A stretch of 63,092 nt of DNA, filler included, from Ministeria vibrans ATCC 50519 (taxonomy: Eukaryota; Protista; Filasterea), in NCBI GenBank assembly GCA_943704425.1. It is 5 parts of 5 records of this genome, joined end to end, with 100 filler letters (N's around TTAATTAATTAA, not from the genome) between each part and the next. Parts side by side here need not be neighbours in the genome. Positions count along the whole stretch, not along the records: positions 1 to 30,362 come from CALSCP010000110.1; positions 30,463 to 33,056 come from CALSCP010000962.1; positions 33,157 to 59,993 come from CALSCP010000380.1; 2 more parts are not named here. One strand, given 5' to 3'. Of this stretch, positions 21,658 through 34,286 are shown one piece after another. The number at the start of each line of letters is the position of its first letter. The first letter of the stretch is position 1. Both the position numbers and the translations under genes were made by a program. Under the pieces are notes generated by a model. The model saw only the letters and a list, made by a program, of their open reading frames with translations. It was not told where the DNA came from and made no database searches.

Positions 21658-22833
21658 TCACAGCTCTTCGTTAACCCGCTCCTCTTCCTCCGGTGCTCCT
21701 TCTTCTCCTCCATCCATGGGAACGCCCTCCTCGTCCGCATGCTGCTCCAGCTCGCCCTGATTCTCGTCTGTAGGCAGCATAGTCATGTCCTCTCCACCAG
21801 TCGCATCCGGGAAAGTCGCCGGGTCGACGGCCGGTCCGTGCGTGCCCCCCACCTCAAACTGCACCGCATCCACGCTGGTGTACTGCAGAAATCGCTCGTT
21901 CACTGCCTTCCAGTTCACCACCTTCCACCAGTTCTCCAACCACCTACACACACAACAGCAAAAATAAGTGCAGGTGTTCTTACGCCCAGAAACTGTTGTG
22001 TGGTACTTGGCACGCTGGTTCTTTAGCGACAGATAGTACGCATGCTCCCAAAGATCAATGCAGAGCAGAGGTGTCATTGTGCCGTCCGGCACATCCTGGT
22101 TGCTGGCCACAGAGATTGCCAAGGTCGATCCTTCGTCGCCAAGCACCAGACAGGTATAGCCACTGCCCTCGACATACGTCGCCTGTTGCTCAAAGAACGT
22201 CTTGAACTCGGCAAAGTTGGAAAAGTAATGGTTGATCGCTTTGATCACCGTCAGATTCCCCACCGCCGCCGCATCCTCTTCGCTCGCCGTGGGCGGTGCA
22301 AGAGTCGAGAAAAACAGCTTGTGGTAGTACCAGCCGCCAAGGAAGAAGCGCAAACGACCTGTAAGCAAAGCAAAACGAAAAAAGAGAAAAGAAAAAAAAA
22401 ACATTACAAGACAAAAAAATATATAACAACAACAAAGACAAAGAGACGCACCAGCATCCTCAACGTCAATGTCGCCTCGAGAAAGACGATCAAGAAGCTC
22501 GGTGGGAGGCAGGGCGCGCACCTCGTCGTGGAGAGCGGCGATCGCAGCCTTGGCCTTGGCCGCGTAGCCCGCCCAGTGCCCGTTCACGTGCACGTCCATC
22601 GTGGCCGCCGAGATGAACGGCTCAAGCGCGTCGTTGGCGAAGGGCGCTTCGATTTTGTCGTCGAGAGACCAGTCAGCGTCGCGGAAAGCCACAGCGGTCG
22701 TTGCGGTCAGCACCGCAACAGCACACACCACTGGCGCACACAGCAGCCACGAACCTGCAAAGGGAGGGTCGCACACGAAGAGCCAAGATCAGTTCCTGTA
22801 TGCTGGTTGCAAGCGGGAGAGCATACCCTTCAT
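21658..22833 (-). CDS. Fe/Mn superoxide dismutase (Mn-type signatures) with signal peptide and acidic NEEL tail
   Basis: DALEPFIS..VHVNGHWAGY; GGWYYH; SNQD; DLWEHAYY. A micro first exon (ATG AAG G at 22833) splices to GSWLLCAPVVCAVAVLTATTAVA. Confidence 0.88.
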
Positions 22834-22907
22834 ATTGGGGAGGTGAGGGAGTTGAATAATTAATTATGATCAATCCAATTTCAAATTTAACACCTCATAG
22901 GAAATTC

Positions 22908-24909
22908 ATGAACCCAGGGAGTGTCGCTACCCTACTGGCAGTGGTACTTGCATTGTTGCAGTGTGCCAGTGCCGGAGAGGTAACCTTTCTCCGCTCTGTC
23001 TGCGTTTTCCATCTCCGCCCGACGTCCACTGAGATACATACGCGTGCATCCGATCCCTGCCTTCTCATGCACCTGTCTACACACCCCAAGTCGCGATGTT
23101 TGATGATTGTCCCGGTTTTTTTTTTCTTTTTTTTTTTTTTTTTTTTTTTTTTTCTGTGAGCGAGAGGTTGGTAGACGATACGAAAGGAGAGGGGTCTACA
23201 AGGTGCTCAATGGTCCACGGCAGTCGGGACGAGCAGAGAGAGAGCAGAGCCAGGAAAGAGTTTTTCGCCGTTTTATCAAAAAAAAACATACCAGCCAATG
23301 GCAAGGAGGCCCACGAGAGCCAGAGTCAGTCGAGACATTGTTTGAGGTGAGGTGAGGTTGGGTGGATGAGCTTTCTTCGCCAGCAAAGAAAAATTTGTGA
23401 ACTTACAAAAAATAAAAATTAAAAATTGAGATTCTTTTGTCGTGCTTTTGTCTGCACACTCAACAAAGATCCCGGTCCCGACGCGATCCCAAGACTCAAT
23501 GTAAGTGTAGCTCGTAATACCTGTGACCTGTCGTCCAGAGCCCAGACCAGATCACGATCCCTTGCGTCGCTGTCGATAGTTTGCGCTTCCTACCACAATA
23601 ATAAATTTTATTTTACTCTGTTAATTATTTCTGAACTCTTCTTGGGTGTGTTGTGAAACCGCCGGCGCTCTATCTTGATTGCTGAATCTCATTGCGCAGC
23701 GCTGCTGAGTCCGCACCGTACACCATGGCCGATGAGAATGCCGATGTTGTCTCCGAAACGGGCGAGTCCGAATCGCCCACCACAACGACACAGCTCACCG
23801 ACACGACCCTGGGCGCCATGAAGGTACGTCCCCGTCGACACGCGTCCCCCTGCTGCTCCAAGCGCCTCCCGTCCTCCTTTGTTTTCCGCCCCATATTGTT
23901 ATTATAGTCATTAGGGCTTTTTTTAAAATTGTTGACGTCGATGCTTTTACCTTTTTCCCACCATTGGCACTCTGGCGACTGCCCCTGCCCCATGCCCGTT
24001 GGTTTCATCGCGAATTGCATCCAATTCACGCCGTCTCTGTCTCCCCTGCCACTGTAGGACCGTGTGCAGGCGGCGAGTCAGGCGTCCGAAGGTGTTTTCG
24101 AATCGGACGATGAAGATGGACCCGGATCGCCCTCGTCGCTGTCGGCGGCCGCCCTCCCTGCTGCTGTATTGAAGCAAAAGCGGCCGTCGAAGCGTTCGCT
24201 CAAGCGAAAGCACAGCAAAGAAGTCAAGGACTTTCAGCGGACGCAGGCACTCGAACGGCAAAAGTTTCTCGAGTCGCAAGCACTCGAAAGGCGCGTCAAC
24301 GACTACGACCACTTTGTCAAACGAAGTGTCGAAGGGGAGGTGAAGCGTGCCAGCAAACGTGGCAGCAAGCGCGGCAGCAAGCATGGCGGACGCGGCGCCC
24401 CCGTCACCCTCCCACCACAGGTGCGCACTGATAAGCCCAGCATCAGCTTCACCATGGCCTCCTGCGACGACGATGCCGTCACTTCCACGCCCGCACCCAC
24501 TGCCGAAGCACCACCGTCGCCCGAAAACACCAGAGAAGCTAGGTCATCGCCCGACGACGAGGTGACTCTCGCAACGCAAGCAGACGAGAGAGCGCCCCTC
24601 GCCGAGGGCCTTGCACCCAGCCCACACAGCAGCACGGGCCGTCTCAACTCAGCCGGCAACTCGGCTGGCAACACCGAAGACTCAGGGTACTACATTGAAG
24701 ACGACGAGGGTGGCGTTAACGAGTGGAAGCCGCCAACGACATTCAACCGCGACAGCTTCCTCAGCCAGACCGGCACCAAGACCAACCCACACAAGTTTGG
24801 CGTGCTCGTCCATAAAGGACGCTCTGTCGCTGTACGCATCACAGGCTCAGCCGTCGAGTGGACCAAGCAGTTACGCTTCCGTGGCGCATCCGACAGTAAG
24901 ACTAAGAGA

Positions 24910-24954
<45 letters not shown>

Positions 24955-26572
24955 GAGAGCAATCTTGAATAATATCTTTTTGTTTGTAGTTGTTTCGCTT
25001 GCCCTGGAAAAAATTGTGGGAGTGACCCGCACAATGTTGACACCAAAGCAATGGCCAACATTTACCGTCTACGCATACCAAGAGTCAGCAACACAGCACG
25101 TGTGGGGACTTGAATCACACACATTTCAAGTAAGATTTGCGAGTGAGTGCGTGTGAGACTGCACGGCAATCTCCCTCTTCATCACCACTTCGTTTTCTCA
25201 CTTCCTGTTTCTCACTTCCTGTCTCTCTGTAGGTGCGGGACAACACGGACTGTGCTGCGTGGGTGGAAGGTGTGAAGCGAGGGCTGTTCCGGCTGGCGCG
25301 TCCGCGTCGTCTGCGAGTCTTTGTGAACCCACATAGTGGCAAGAAACGCGGAGTGCGCATCTACGAGCGACAAGTTGCGCCGCTGTTTGAGATTGCGGGA
25401 GTGGATGCGATTGTGACGACGACAACGCACGCTCACCACGCATGGGACACGCTGGCAGAGGCCGACGACCTTGACTCGTACGACGGCGTGGTGTGTGTCG
25501 GAGGCGACGGCACGCTCGTCGAGTGTCTCAACGGCATGATGTCCAACCCACACCTGAGCAAACCACTGCCCATTGGACTCATTCCGGGCGGCAGCACCGA
25601 TACCATTGTGTTCACTTCCAGCGGCACAAACGATCCCCAAACGGCCGCCATGCAGATCATCTGCGGCAAACGCGTCGACATCGACCTGCTCAAGGTCGAC
25701 CAGCCCAACATGCCCTCCCGCTACGCCATGGCCTTCACTGGATACGGCTTCTTTGGCGACGCCGTCCGCGACAGCGAGCACTACCGCTGGATGGGCCCCG
25801 CTCGCTACATGTGGTCCGGTGCAAAGACCTTTCTCATGGTATGATGCCCTTCAATTTGGTCCTCCCATTCTGTCTTCTGATACTATGTCTCGCTCCGTGT
25901 GTGTACATATGTGTGTCTGTATTTATATGTGTGTAGTTGCGGAGCTATAAAGGGAAAGTGCGCTATCTGACCCCCAAGGCTCAGGCGGCTCCGCTGTCGG
26001 GCGACCACCACTCCAGCAAGTGCTATTCCCCGTGTGCCGAGTGCGATCGTGTACGACTCAGTCAAACGCGCGCACCCAATTGTTTCTTACAAAATGTGCC
26101 TTTGTAGGTCCTGGATGAGTCTGACGAAGGCTTTGAGTGGAAGGAAACGACGGGAAAGTTTGTGGCGGTCAACATGGCGAACATTGCGTGTGCCAGCGAG
26201 AAGACGCCTCTTGGGTTTGCGCCAGGCGCCCATCTCAGCGACGGTCTTGCCACCATGGTCCTTGTCAAGAAGTGCTCCCGTTGGCGTTACATTAAGTTTT
26301 TGCTGCGCGTGTCGGGGAGGAAGGATCAGTTTCGCTTTAACAATGTCGAGGCCGTGCAGGTAAACCTTAACCTTAGCCCTAAACCCTAACCCTAAACCCT
26401 ATCTTGGAAAATGATTCGTATGCAGGTGCGTAAAATGGAATTCACGCCCACCACTGGTCGCACGAGCGTGTGGAACGTCGACGGTGAGATCTTTGAGCCA
26501 CCCGAGATGAAGGTTTCCGTTCTCCGTCGTCACTTCCCGCTCATGATCGCTCACCGAACTGGATCTGATTGA
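22908..26572 (+). CDS. CERK: Ceramide kinase (PH-like + DAGK-type catalytic domain); core from ATG 23725, predicted extension to ATG 22908
   Basis: VFVNPHSGKKRG, VCVGGDGT, IPGGSTD, GYGFFGD..SEHYRWMGPARY, CxxxCxxC (CYSPCAEC), WNVDGE; stop at 26572. Confidence 0.88.
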
Positions 26573-26800
26573 TTTTTTTTCGCTTTTGTTTTTGTTTTGT
26601 GTGCTTTTCTCTTTTTTTTTTTCTTTTGTTCTTTGATTTACTATTTTCTCTGGTGATCTACTGATCTTCTTCTCTTTGTAATGAATACTGCTTGCATTTA
26701 ATCGAATTGAAAAAAAAAAGACACAACACAAAAAATAATATGATTAATAATTGAGAATTTTGACTTTTGTCTTTTGACATTTTATTTTCTCTTGCTCTGT

Positions 26801-29800
26801 ATGACTGACGCTCTGGGGGGTTGGGAGTTTGACTCCTTTGACGATGGCAGCGCCAAGAAGCTTGCGGCGGAGGGCCAGTTGAAAAAATACCAGGTGACCG
26901 CAAACGCGAGTCTGCCGCTGCGTGCTGGCCTGCGTTCTTGCCTACTGCTCCCCAAATCCCCGTTCCTGCACTCTCCTTGAACGAGGCTCTCTATCTTTTT
27001 CTCCCTTTCTCTCTCTTTTCCTCTTTTGCTCGTTTTTTTTTTCCGTATCGTCCTTTTCTCGTCCCTCTCTGCTCCTGCACTGTCTTAGACAGCCTCTATT
27101 TGCCGTCAGAGGATGAGTTGTGTACCCTTCTACCCCCTGCCAGTCTCCAATGGCAATTCTCAACCCGCCGATTGCGTTTAACTTCCCCTTTTGTTCTCGT
27201 GACCTTTTTTTTTCTCTCAACGCCTTGTTCCACTCGCGATCCACAGGCTTTTCTTGAGCAATACGCAGCCCAGGTGCACACCGTCGAGGAGGCGCTCATG
27301 GAAGACATCCACACAGACAAGTACAAATTTCGAGAGAGAGAGAGAGAGAGACTCCAAACTCAAGTTTTTTTTTTTTCTCTTCTTCTTCTTCTTCTTCTTC
27401 TTTCTCACTTGCCACAGCTGGGACCAACGCCACAACCTGGTGACCCTCGACATGTCTCCGTACGAGCAGGCAAACGTGATCGAGCTGATTGCCACCGACA
27501 ACGACGTGTTCAACAAGGTCTTGCGGGCACTCGCGTCGGTCATGGACGAACTGCGCGACCTGCGCACTGAAGCCGAGCAGTTCTATGCTCCCCTTGCCCT
27601 CTACGGCGAAGGACTCGAAGACGCCAAGGTTGAGGACGGCGATGTGCAGGTATTGGGAGAAAATGAACACAATATGAACACAATAACACACGCTTTGTTA
27701 CCTTTCCAGGTGATGATGGGACGGATGTTGCCGGTGCTTCAAGACATGGCTTGCTACCTTGCGCGGGTGCAGCGCGTCGTGCAGAACATGGTACACCAGC
27801 TGGCAGGGCTGTATCTGGGACGCGGCAAGGCGTGCATCGACACAGAGGGCGTGCACATGACACCGGCGTTTAGTGCACTCGGCGACACCCTCGGCGTTCT
27901 CATCACACTCGACTCGATTGTCAAAAACAACCAGTTCCTCGAGACCCACTGGCTTATGTACAAGCGCATGCTCAAGTCAGTCCGCAACGATCCCACACGC
28001 TTTGGCACCGATGATGCGCGCGTCCGTCAAATGGAGAAACTCCTAATGCGCATTGAGAGTCAGTGCCTTGAGGGCACAATCTTCCAAGTACGAAAAAGAA
28101 GAAGAAGAAAAAAGTCGTGTTAAAGCGTCGTTGTTTGTTTTGTGGTTTTAGAACTGCTTCCAGATGCAGTTTGACACGAATGGCATGAACGTGACGCAGA
28201 ACGGGCGCCTTGAAGCCGAATTCAACTATGCCATTCGCTACATTTTCCAATATCTTGACTCACGCATTGGTATGCCACACTTGTAACCGTTAGCTCTTTT
28301 TGTCACTCGCTGATCTTGGTGTGTTGTTCTTGCTCACTCCTCAAAGGCGAATCGAATGAGATGGGTCAACGCACTCAGTTTGTGGGCTTGTGCGGTCTCT
28401 TTGTGATGTACTATCACTTTTACCACACGCAGGACAAGCGACTCGTGAAGGCACTGCTTGATGTCCACCGCAAAGTAAGTACCGTTGTCTCACTCGCCTT
28501 CTTGCTCATTCACACACTGACTTTTTTTTACTTGTTGTAGCTTCCTTCGGTGTATCTCTATGGCAATGCGATCTGGTTTCCCGTCGAATTTCTCGAGCAG
28601 CACGCGAGCTCGCTTGTGGCGTCGCTCGACAAAAAGTCGCGCGTGTCTAATGCAGATGCACACCGTGTGGCCTATTTGCACCAGCAGGACGCCGCACTGC
28701 CCAACCAAGCGCAGCTGCTGTATGCACAGACGTCGCTGTGGATGGTGCGCATTGAATCGACGCTCACGGGCGGCACCTCGTCGGCTGTCGAGCTCAAGGC
28801 GCGCATTGGCTTGCTCATCCAGGGTCTCGTTCATGCCCACTCGATTGCAAACTACCTCAAGAGTTCGCTTAACCTCCACGTGTTTCTGGGCGTCCCGCTT
28901 ACCCGCTCGCACGTGCGTCACCTCTGCAAACTTATTGAGATCCTCAAGAGCATCGAGTTCACATACCACAAGCGTACGCAGCTGATGGCTGACTCGCTCG
29001 CGCACGCCATCCAGCACCTCTCGCTCAATCTTATGGCAGTCATTGCCCCGATCCGCGCTCGTCTTTCCGCTGAGCAAAAGTACTCCGACAAGCACTTGGA
29101 CATTCTCGCGTCTCTCTCGCTCATCATCGACCTTCTTAATGGTCCTGCTGGGCCCGTCCGTCGCGATGCCATCCAGCTCGCCCTTGCTGTCGTCTCTAAC
29201 ATGAAAATCTTCCGTGAAGGTATACAATGCAACGCTGCTTGTTATCAACGATGCGCTTGTTCTCAATGTGTGTGTGTGTGTGTGTGTGTGTCTGTCTGTC
29301 TGTCGTGTTTGCTTAAGGTGACATTGAGACGCTTCATGGCTCACTGCGTCAACTGGCGGCGCTCACCGAGTTCCGTGCGCGTCTTCGCGAGGCCACCGAC
29401 TCCACCTTCCTATACTGGCACAATGTCCTCTTGCCCACCTACCTCAGAGACATCTACCAGAAGCCCCTTGACGCCCATCGCATGATTGTATGTAACACAC
29501 ACACCCTTTCGATCATTGTCCTCATTTGTTTCTGTTTAGTACGTCTTCTCTGCCTTCCGCGATTGCATTCCGGCCATCAGTGACGTTGCTCACACTCCCG
29601 AACCAGACATGCTCATCAAGAAGTTTGGCGAAGACGTTCGCGCCTCGATGCTCCAGGTACCCACCACCAAGTTGGCCACTCTTCTCTTTTTCCACTAAGA
29701 TTCTTTCTTTGTTTTTCTCTCTCTTCTTTCTCGCCCTCATTCTGTCTAGCACATTCTTGAGCCGTTGTGTCGTGATATTGAGACGGATCTGCGTCTGCAC

Positions 29801-30185
29801 ATTCACTCACATTTGCAGCTTGATGATCGCAATCCGTTCAAGGTGGGTCTCAAGGACCTCACTCCTTTCCTCAGTATCCCCACCATACACATTGCCGACT
29901 GCACCTTCAATCTGCGTGAGTATGTCACCCACTACCTCGACAAGACCTTCTACAACCTTACCACCGTCGCTCTACACAACTGGAAGGTAACCATAGAAAG
30001 AGGATCACTTGACGGTGTGAAACATTTTCGTCTTGTAACTTTTTGTAGACGTACAGTGAAATGCGCAACATGGCATCGCAGCGATACGGTCTTGAGATGG
30101 CAGAGGTACAACTGCCGTCGCAGACACTCGACCAGGGCCTCGACGTTCTTGAGATTATGCGTAACATCCACGTCTTTGTTGCACG
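26801..30185 (+). CDS. WASHC4: WASH complex subunit 4 (SWIP/WASH7), 5' part truncated by contig end
   Basis: [16 protein letters not shown]; [17 protein letters not shown]; [14 protein letters not shown]; [19 protein letters not shown]; [20 protein letters not shown]. Confidence 0.93.
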
Positions 30186-30188
30186 GTA

Positions 30189-30293
<105 letters not shown>

Positions 30294-30362
30294 TACACAC
30301 ACACACATGAACCTCTCCCTCTATTTGTTTTTTCTTTTTCCTCTCTCTCTCTCTCTCTCTCT

Positions 30363-30462
30363 NNNNNNNNNNNNNNNNNNNNNNNNNNNNNNNNNNNNNN
30401 NNNNNNTTAATTAATTAANNNNNNNNNNNNNNNNNNNNNNNNNNNNNNNNNNNNNNNNNNNN
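30363..30462. other. Artificial contig spacer (N-TTAATTAATTAA-N)
   Basis: 100-nt N block with a central six-frame-stop linker; genes on both sides are truncated. Confidence 0.92.
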
Positions 30463-30476
30463 AAAAAAAAGCATAC

Positions 30477-30675
30477 CGATGGATGAGAGACCCACAAAGA
30501 CACCAACGGCTCCAACCATGTTCGCAGGACACTGGCCAAAGGCTTGGTCGATCCAGTGGAACTGTCCAGGGCACGTCGTGGAGTTCCCGGTGTCGGCGGC
30601 AGCGGCGTGGGCGGGCAGGCACAGCGTGCCCAGCGCAAGCAGGAGCGATGAGGCGGTGCGGCGCGCCATCGACAT
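30477..30675 (-). CDS. PQ-loop (PQLC2/SLC66A1-like) lysosomal transporter, first exon only
   Basis: Signal peptide, then CPGQFHWIDQAFGQC..GVFVGLSSI, resembling the PQLC2 N-terminus; GT donor then contig end. Confidence 0.6.
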
Positions 30676-30922
30676 TTCTCGCCGTGCTGCGTCCAATTCA
30701 ACACGCGGCTTGCAGGGGGGATGGCGTGTGTTGATCAACACACCCGCGTGGTTTGAGATTGGAAGGAACAATAAGTGACTAGGGACAGACGAAATAAAAA
30801 AAATCCAACGCATCTCGATTATCATTTCATCATTTTCGTGTCTCGTGACATTAAGGTGTTTGTATTAAGTGTAACCAGTAACTCATTGTCTACTTTTTTT
30901 TTTTTTTTTAACCGAGCTCAAC

Positions 30923-32963
30923 ATGCCACTCCAAAGCGGCTTGAGGCTATCGGTGGCGCAAGCGATGAGCGTACGTCTTGGAGTGACATGCTAAAAAATA
31001 TTCTGACCATCTTCGTTTGCAGTTGCTGTCACAACTCAAGGCCATGGACTACAGCGACTCCGATCCAGCCGTGTGTGTTCTGAACAAGCTGCTTGAGAAA
31101 CAGGGAGATGCGCTCGCGGAGAACCCAAGTTTGATGCTGGACCAGTCGACGCCGAACAACCCCATCAAACTGCTCACACGACCCCAACTCGAACGCGTCC
31201 GCGCCCAGGTTGTCGCCGTACGACTCATTTCCCTTGCCGATCCACCTTGCGTTCGCCTTGAAAACCCCTACTTCGCCGCGGACGGCACGACTCCGTCCGC
31301 TTCTTCGCTGCCACCACCACAACTGCCGTCGCATCACTCCTCTGCCGTGTCCACCGCAATCTCCGCTGCTCCGTCGACACAACCGCAAGCGCCACCAAGC
31401 ACGGTAGCCACCACCATCGCCACCACTGCTGCTGCTGCTGCTACCGTTGTCGATCCTCCGTCGACAATGACACCAACACCGATGGAGTACACCTGCGACC
31501 TCTCGCTCGGACCACTTGCCGGTACACTTTCTGAGGGAAGACTACTCACATCGCTGGCGGCGCCCGCCGTCATGGATCCAGTCGAGCTGTTGCGCGAGGA
31601 GGAACGCCGCGACGCAGCTGCCGTGCAACAGCGCATTGCTCAACTTGAAGCACTCCCGGCCGATCTCCCTGTCGAACTACGCACGCGCGCTCTCATCGAA
31701 CTCAAAGCCCTTCGTCTGCGCGGCCTCCAACAAAAGGTGCGTCTTAACGTGGTACGGTCGCTCAAACACGAGACGACCCTCGACACTACCTGCAACCGCA
31801 ATTTGTACCGTCGTCTGGCCAAGCCAACGTTGCGCGAAGCCAAAATCACCGAACGCCTGGAGGCACAGCAACGCGCTGAGTCAGCACGGCGCAAACGTGC
31901 CAAACAGATGGAGTACCTTGAGAGTGTCATGCAGCACGCGGGCGCCTTTCGCGAGTTTCACCGCAACGTCCGTCAGCGTCAAGCGGCGTTGGCACGCGCA
32001 GCGCAGGCCTTCAACGTCAGTATGGAACGCGAGGCAAAACGAATGGAGGAGCAGCGCGAGAAGGAACGTATGCGTCGTCTCATGGAGGAGGATGAAGAAG
32101 GCTACCGCAAGCTGCTCGACGGCGAAAAGGACAAGCGCCTGACTACTCTGCTCGATCAGACAGACACGTACATCAAACAGATGGGCGAGCTGGTGCTGCG
32201 TCACAAACGTCTGCAGGACGAAGAAGGCGCGGGAGGTGCAGCGGCTGCGGCCAAGAAGAAGCGTGGACGAGGTCGGCCGGCAGAGGGAGCGGTGGCGGCC
32301 GAGCAGGAGGAGTTGCTCATCGAAGAGCGCGCGCAGGATCCGGCCATGGAGGGCCAAATCATGGAGGTGGTCGCAGCCGCCGAAGACGAGTATCAGGAGG
32401 AAGACGGCAAGACGACCTACTTCAATTTGGCACATCACATCAAGGAGGCGATTGACGAACAACCGTCGACGCTGCGTCACGGCCAGCTCAAGTCTTACCA
32501 GCTGCAGGGCCTTGAGTGGCTCATCTCCCTCTACAACAATAAGCTCAACGGCATCCTTGCTGACGAAATGGGTCTTGGTAAGACGATCCAAACCATGGGG
32601 CTCCTCTGCTACCTTATGGAGAAGAAGGTACCCAGACATCGAATCGTCATAAAGATTTTATTTTATTACTATTATAATTCTACTTTTGCACCTTCACACT
32701 GGTTGTGTGTGTGTGTGTGTGTATGTCTCATTTGTGATTGTTGTTTTTGTTGTGTGTGTTTGCAACAGTTGGACAACGGACCGTTTTTGATTATTGTGCC
32801 ACTGAGTGTGATGAGCAACTGGACGCTTGAGTTTGACCGGTGGGCGCCACACATCAAACGCCTCGAATACAAGGGCAGTGCGTACTTTCGCAAACAGCAC
32901 GCAGACCGACTGCGCTCTCAGACGTACAATGCTGTACTTACCACCTACGAGTATATCATTCGC
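30923..32963 (+). CDS. SMARCA2/4: SWI/SNF ATPase BRM/BRG1 (Snf2), 5' part
   Basis: QLQ-like segment, IELKALRL, HSA domain (EKERMRRLMEEDEEGYRKLLD), LKSYQLQGLEWLISLYNNKLNGILADEMGLGKTIQT. Confidence 0.95.
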
Positions 32964-33016
32964 GTAAGCATACAATTCAATGCGTACACTCGTGGCTATT
33001 GTTATCTCACTACTCT

Positions 33017-33056
<40 letters not shown>

Positions 33057-33156
33057 NNNNNNNNNNNNNNNNNNNNNNNNNNNNNNNNNNNNNNNNNNNN
33101 TTAATTAATTAANNNNNNNNNNNNNNNNNNNNNNNNNNNNNNNNNNNNNNNNNNNN
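33057..33156. other. Artificial contig spacer
   Basis: N-TTAATTAATTAA-N. Confidence 0.92.
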
Positions 33157-33423
33157 CAGCAAGCTCCAGTGTTTTGTCCAGTGGAATGTTTTCCGTCAGA
33201 CTAATAACAATAATATTATTAGGATGGACCAGCACCTACCGAGTTCAGGATCATCCCTGGAAGCACACCAGTCTGAGAGCTCAACGAGCATGGCAGCGAC
33301 GGCATCCCGGTCGCCGGAAATGACAATTTCGTGCAGAGTCAAAATGGCCGCTGGACAGGTCTCTCGCGCAAGCAACATGCCCATGAGCGGCCGGTAGTCG
33401 TCGACCGTGAGGTCTTCCGCCAT
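33157..33423 (-). CDS. Hypothetical protein, 5' fragment (MAEDLTVDDYRPLMGMLL...)
   Basis: GC-rich, coding-like exon with ATG at 33423 and GT donor near 33238; divergent from syntenin. Confidence 0.5.
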
Positions 33424-33653
33424 TGCCACGAAGGAGACTGCCACAAAAAAAAACTGTTAACTGACGAGAGACAAGTCAGACAAGACTAACTATAAGAATT
33501 GAACAGTGCTCAAGTTAAGTCTGAACTGTCCGAATTTTCTGGATTATTTTATTTGATTTTTGTTTTGATCGTTTCACAAATCACAATTCACATTTTTTTT
33601 CTCCAAATTCTTATTGATTTCGGAAACAATCCCTTACTATCAAGAACATCATC

Positions 33654-34254
33654 ATGTCTTTGTATCCCTCGATCGAATCCCTTACAGTGGACGCCATGAA
33701 GGCAGTAAGGTTTTTTTTATATGATTCTGTATTCGACCCTTCTCGTTTTGACGAACTGGCCGTGTGTTTCGTGCCCCCCTCGTGCTCTGCTGCCTTGCCA
33801 TCATCGTACGACCTCCTTCCAATCGTTGGCGGACGCTCTCGTTGCGTCGCTAAAGTGTTGGATGTCTATGGAAAATTCCCACTCAGAAAAAGAGGAAAAA
33901 AAAAAAAAAAAAAAACTTTGTCGACTCTCAATTGCGCTGTTCTGTGTGCGTTGAGAGCGTCTTTCTGCCGCAAGCGTGTGGGAACAAACGAACATCGTGA
34001 TGTCGCGAGATGGTTGGGCGGGCAGTGGTTGCGCCATTGGATTTCACGCTCGTTCATCGCCTAAAAATATTCTAATAATGAATACTGAGTTTGTCTTTTG
34101 GATGTCTGCTGGACTCACCACGCCCCTCCCTTGTTCGCGTAGGCCCAGGTCCAGACGGCACTCCATGCCCATCAGGCTGCGCAAGGAGCGGCCCATGGCG
34201 GGCCTGCACCCAGTTACCCTCCTCAGAGTGACTCGGTAAGCACTTCTCTTTGCC

Positions 34255-34286
<32 letters not shown>

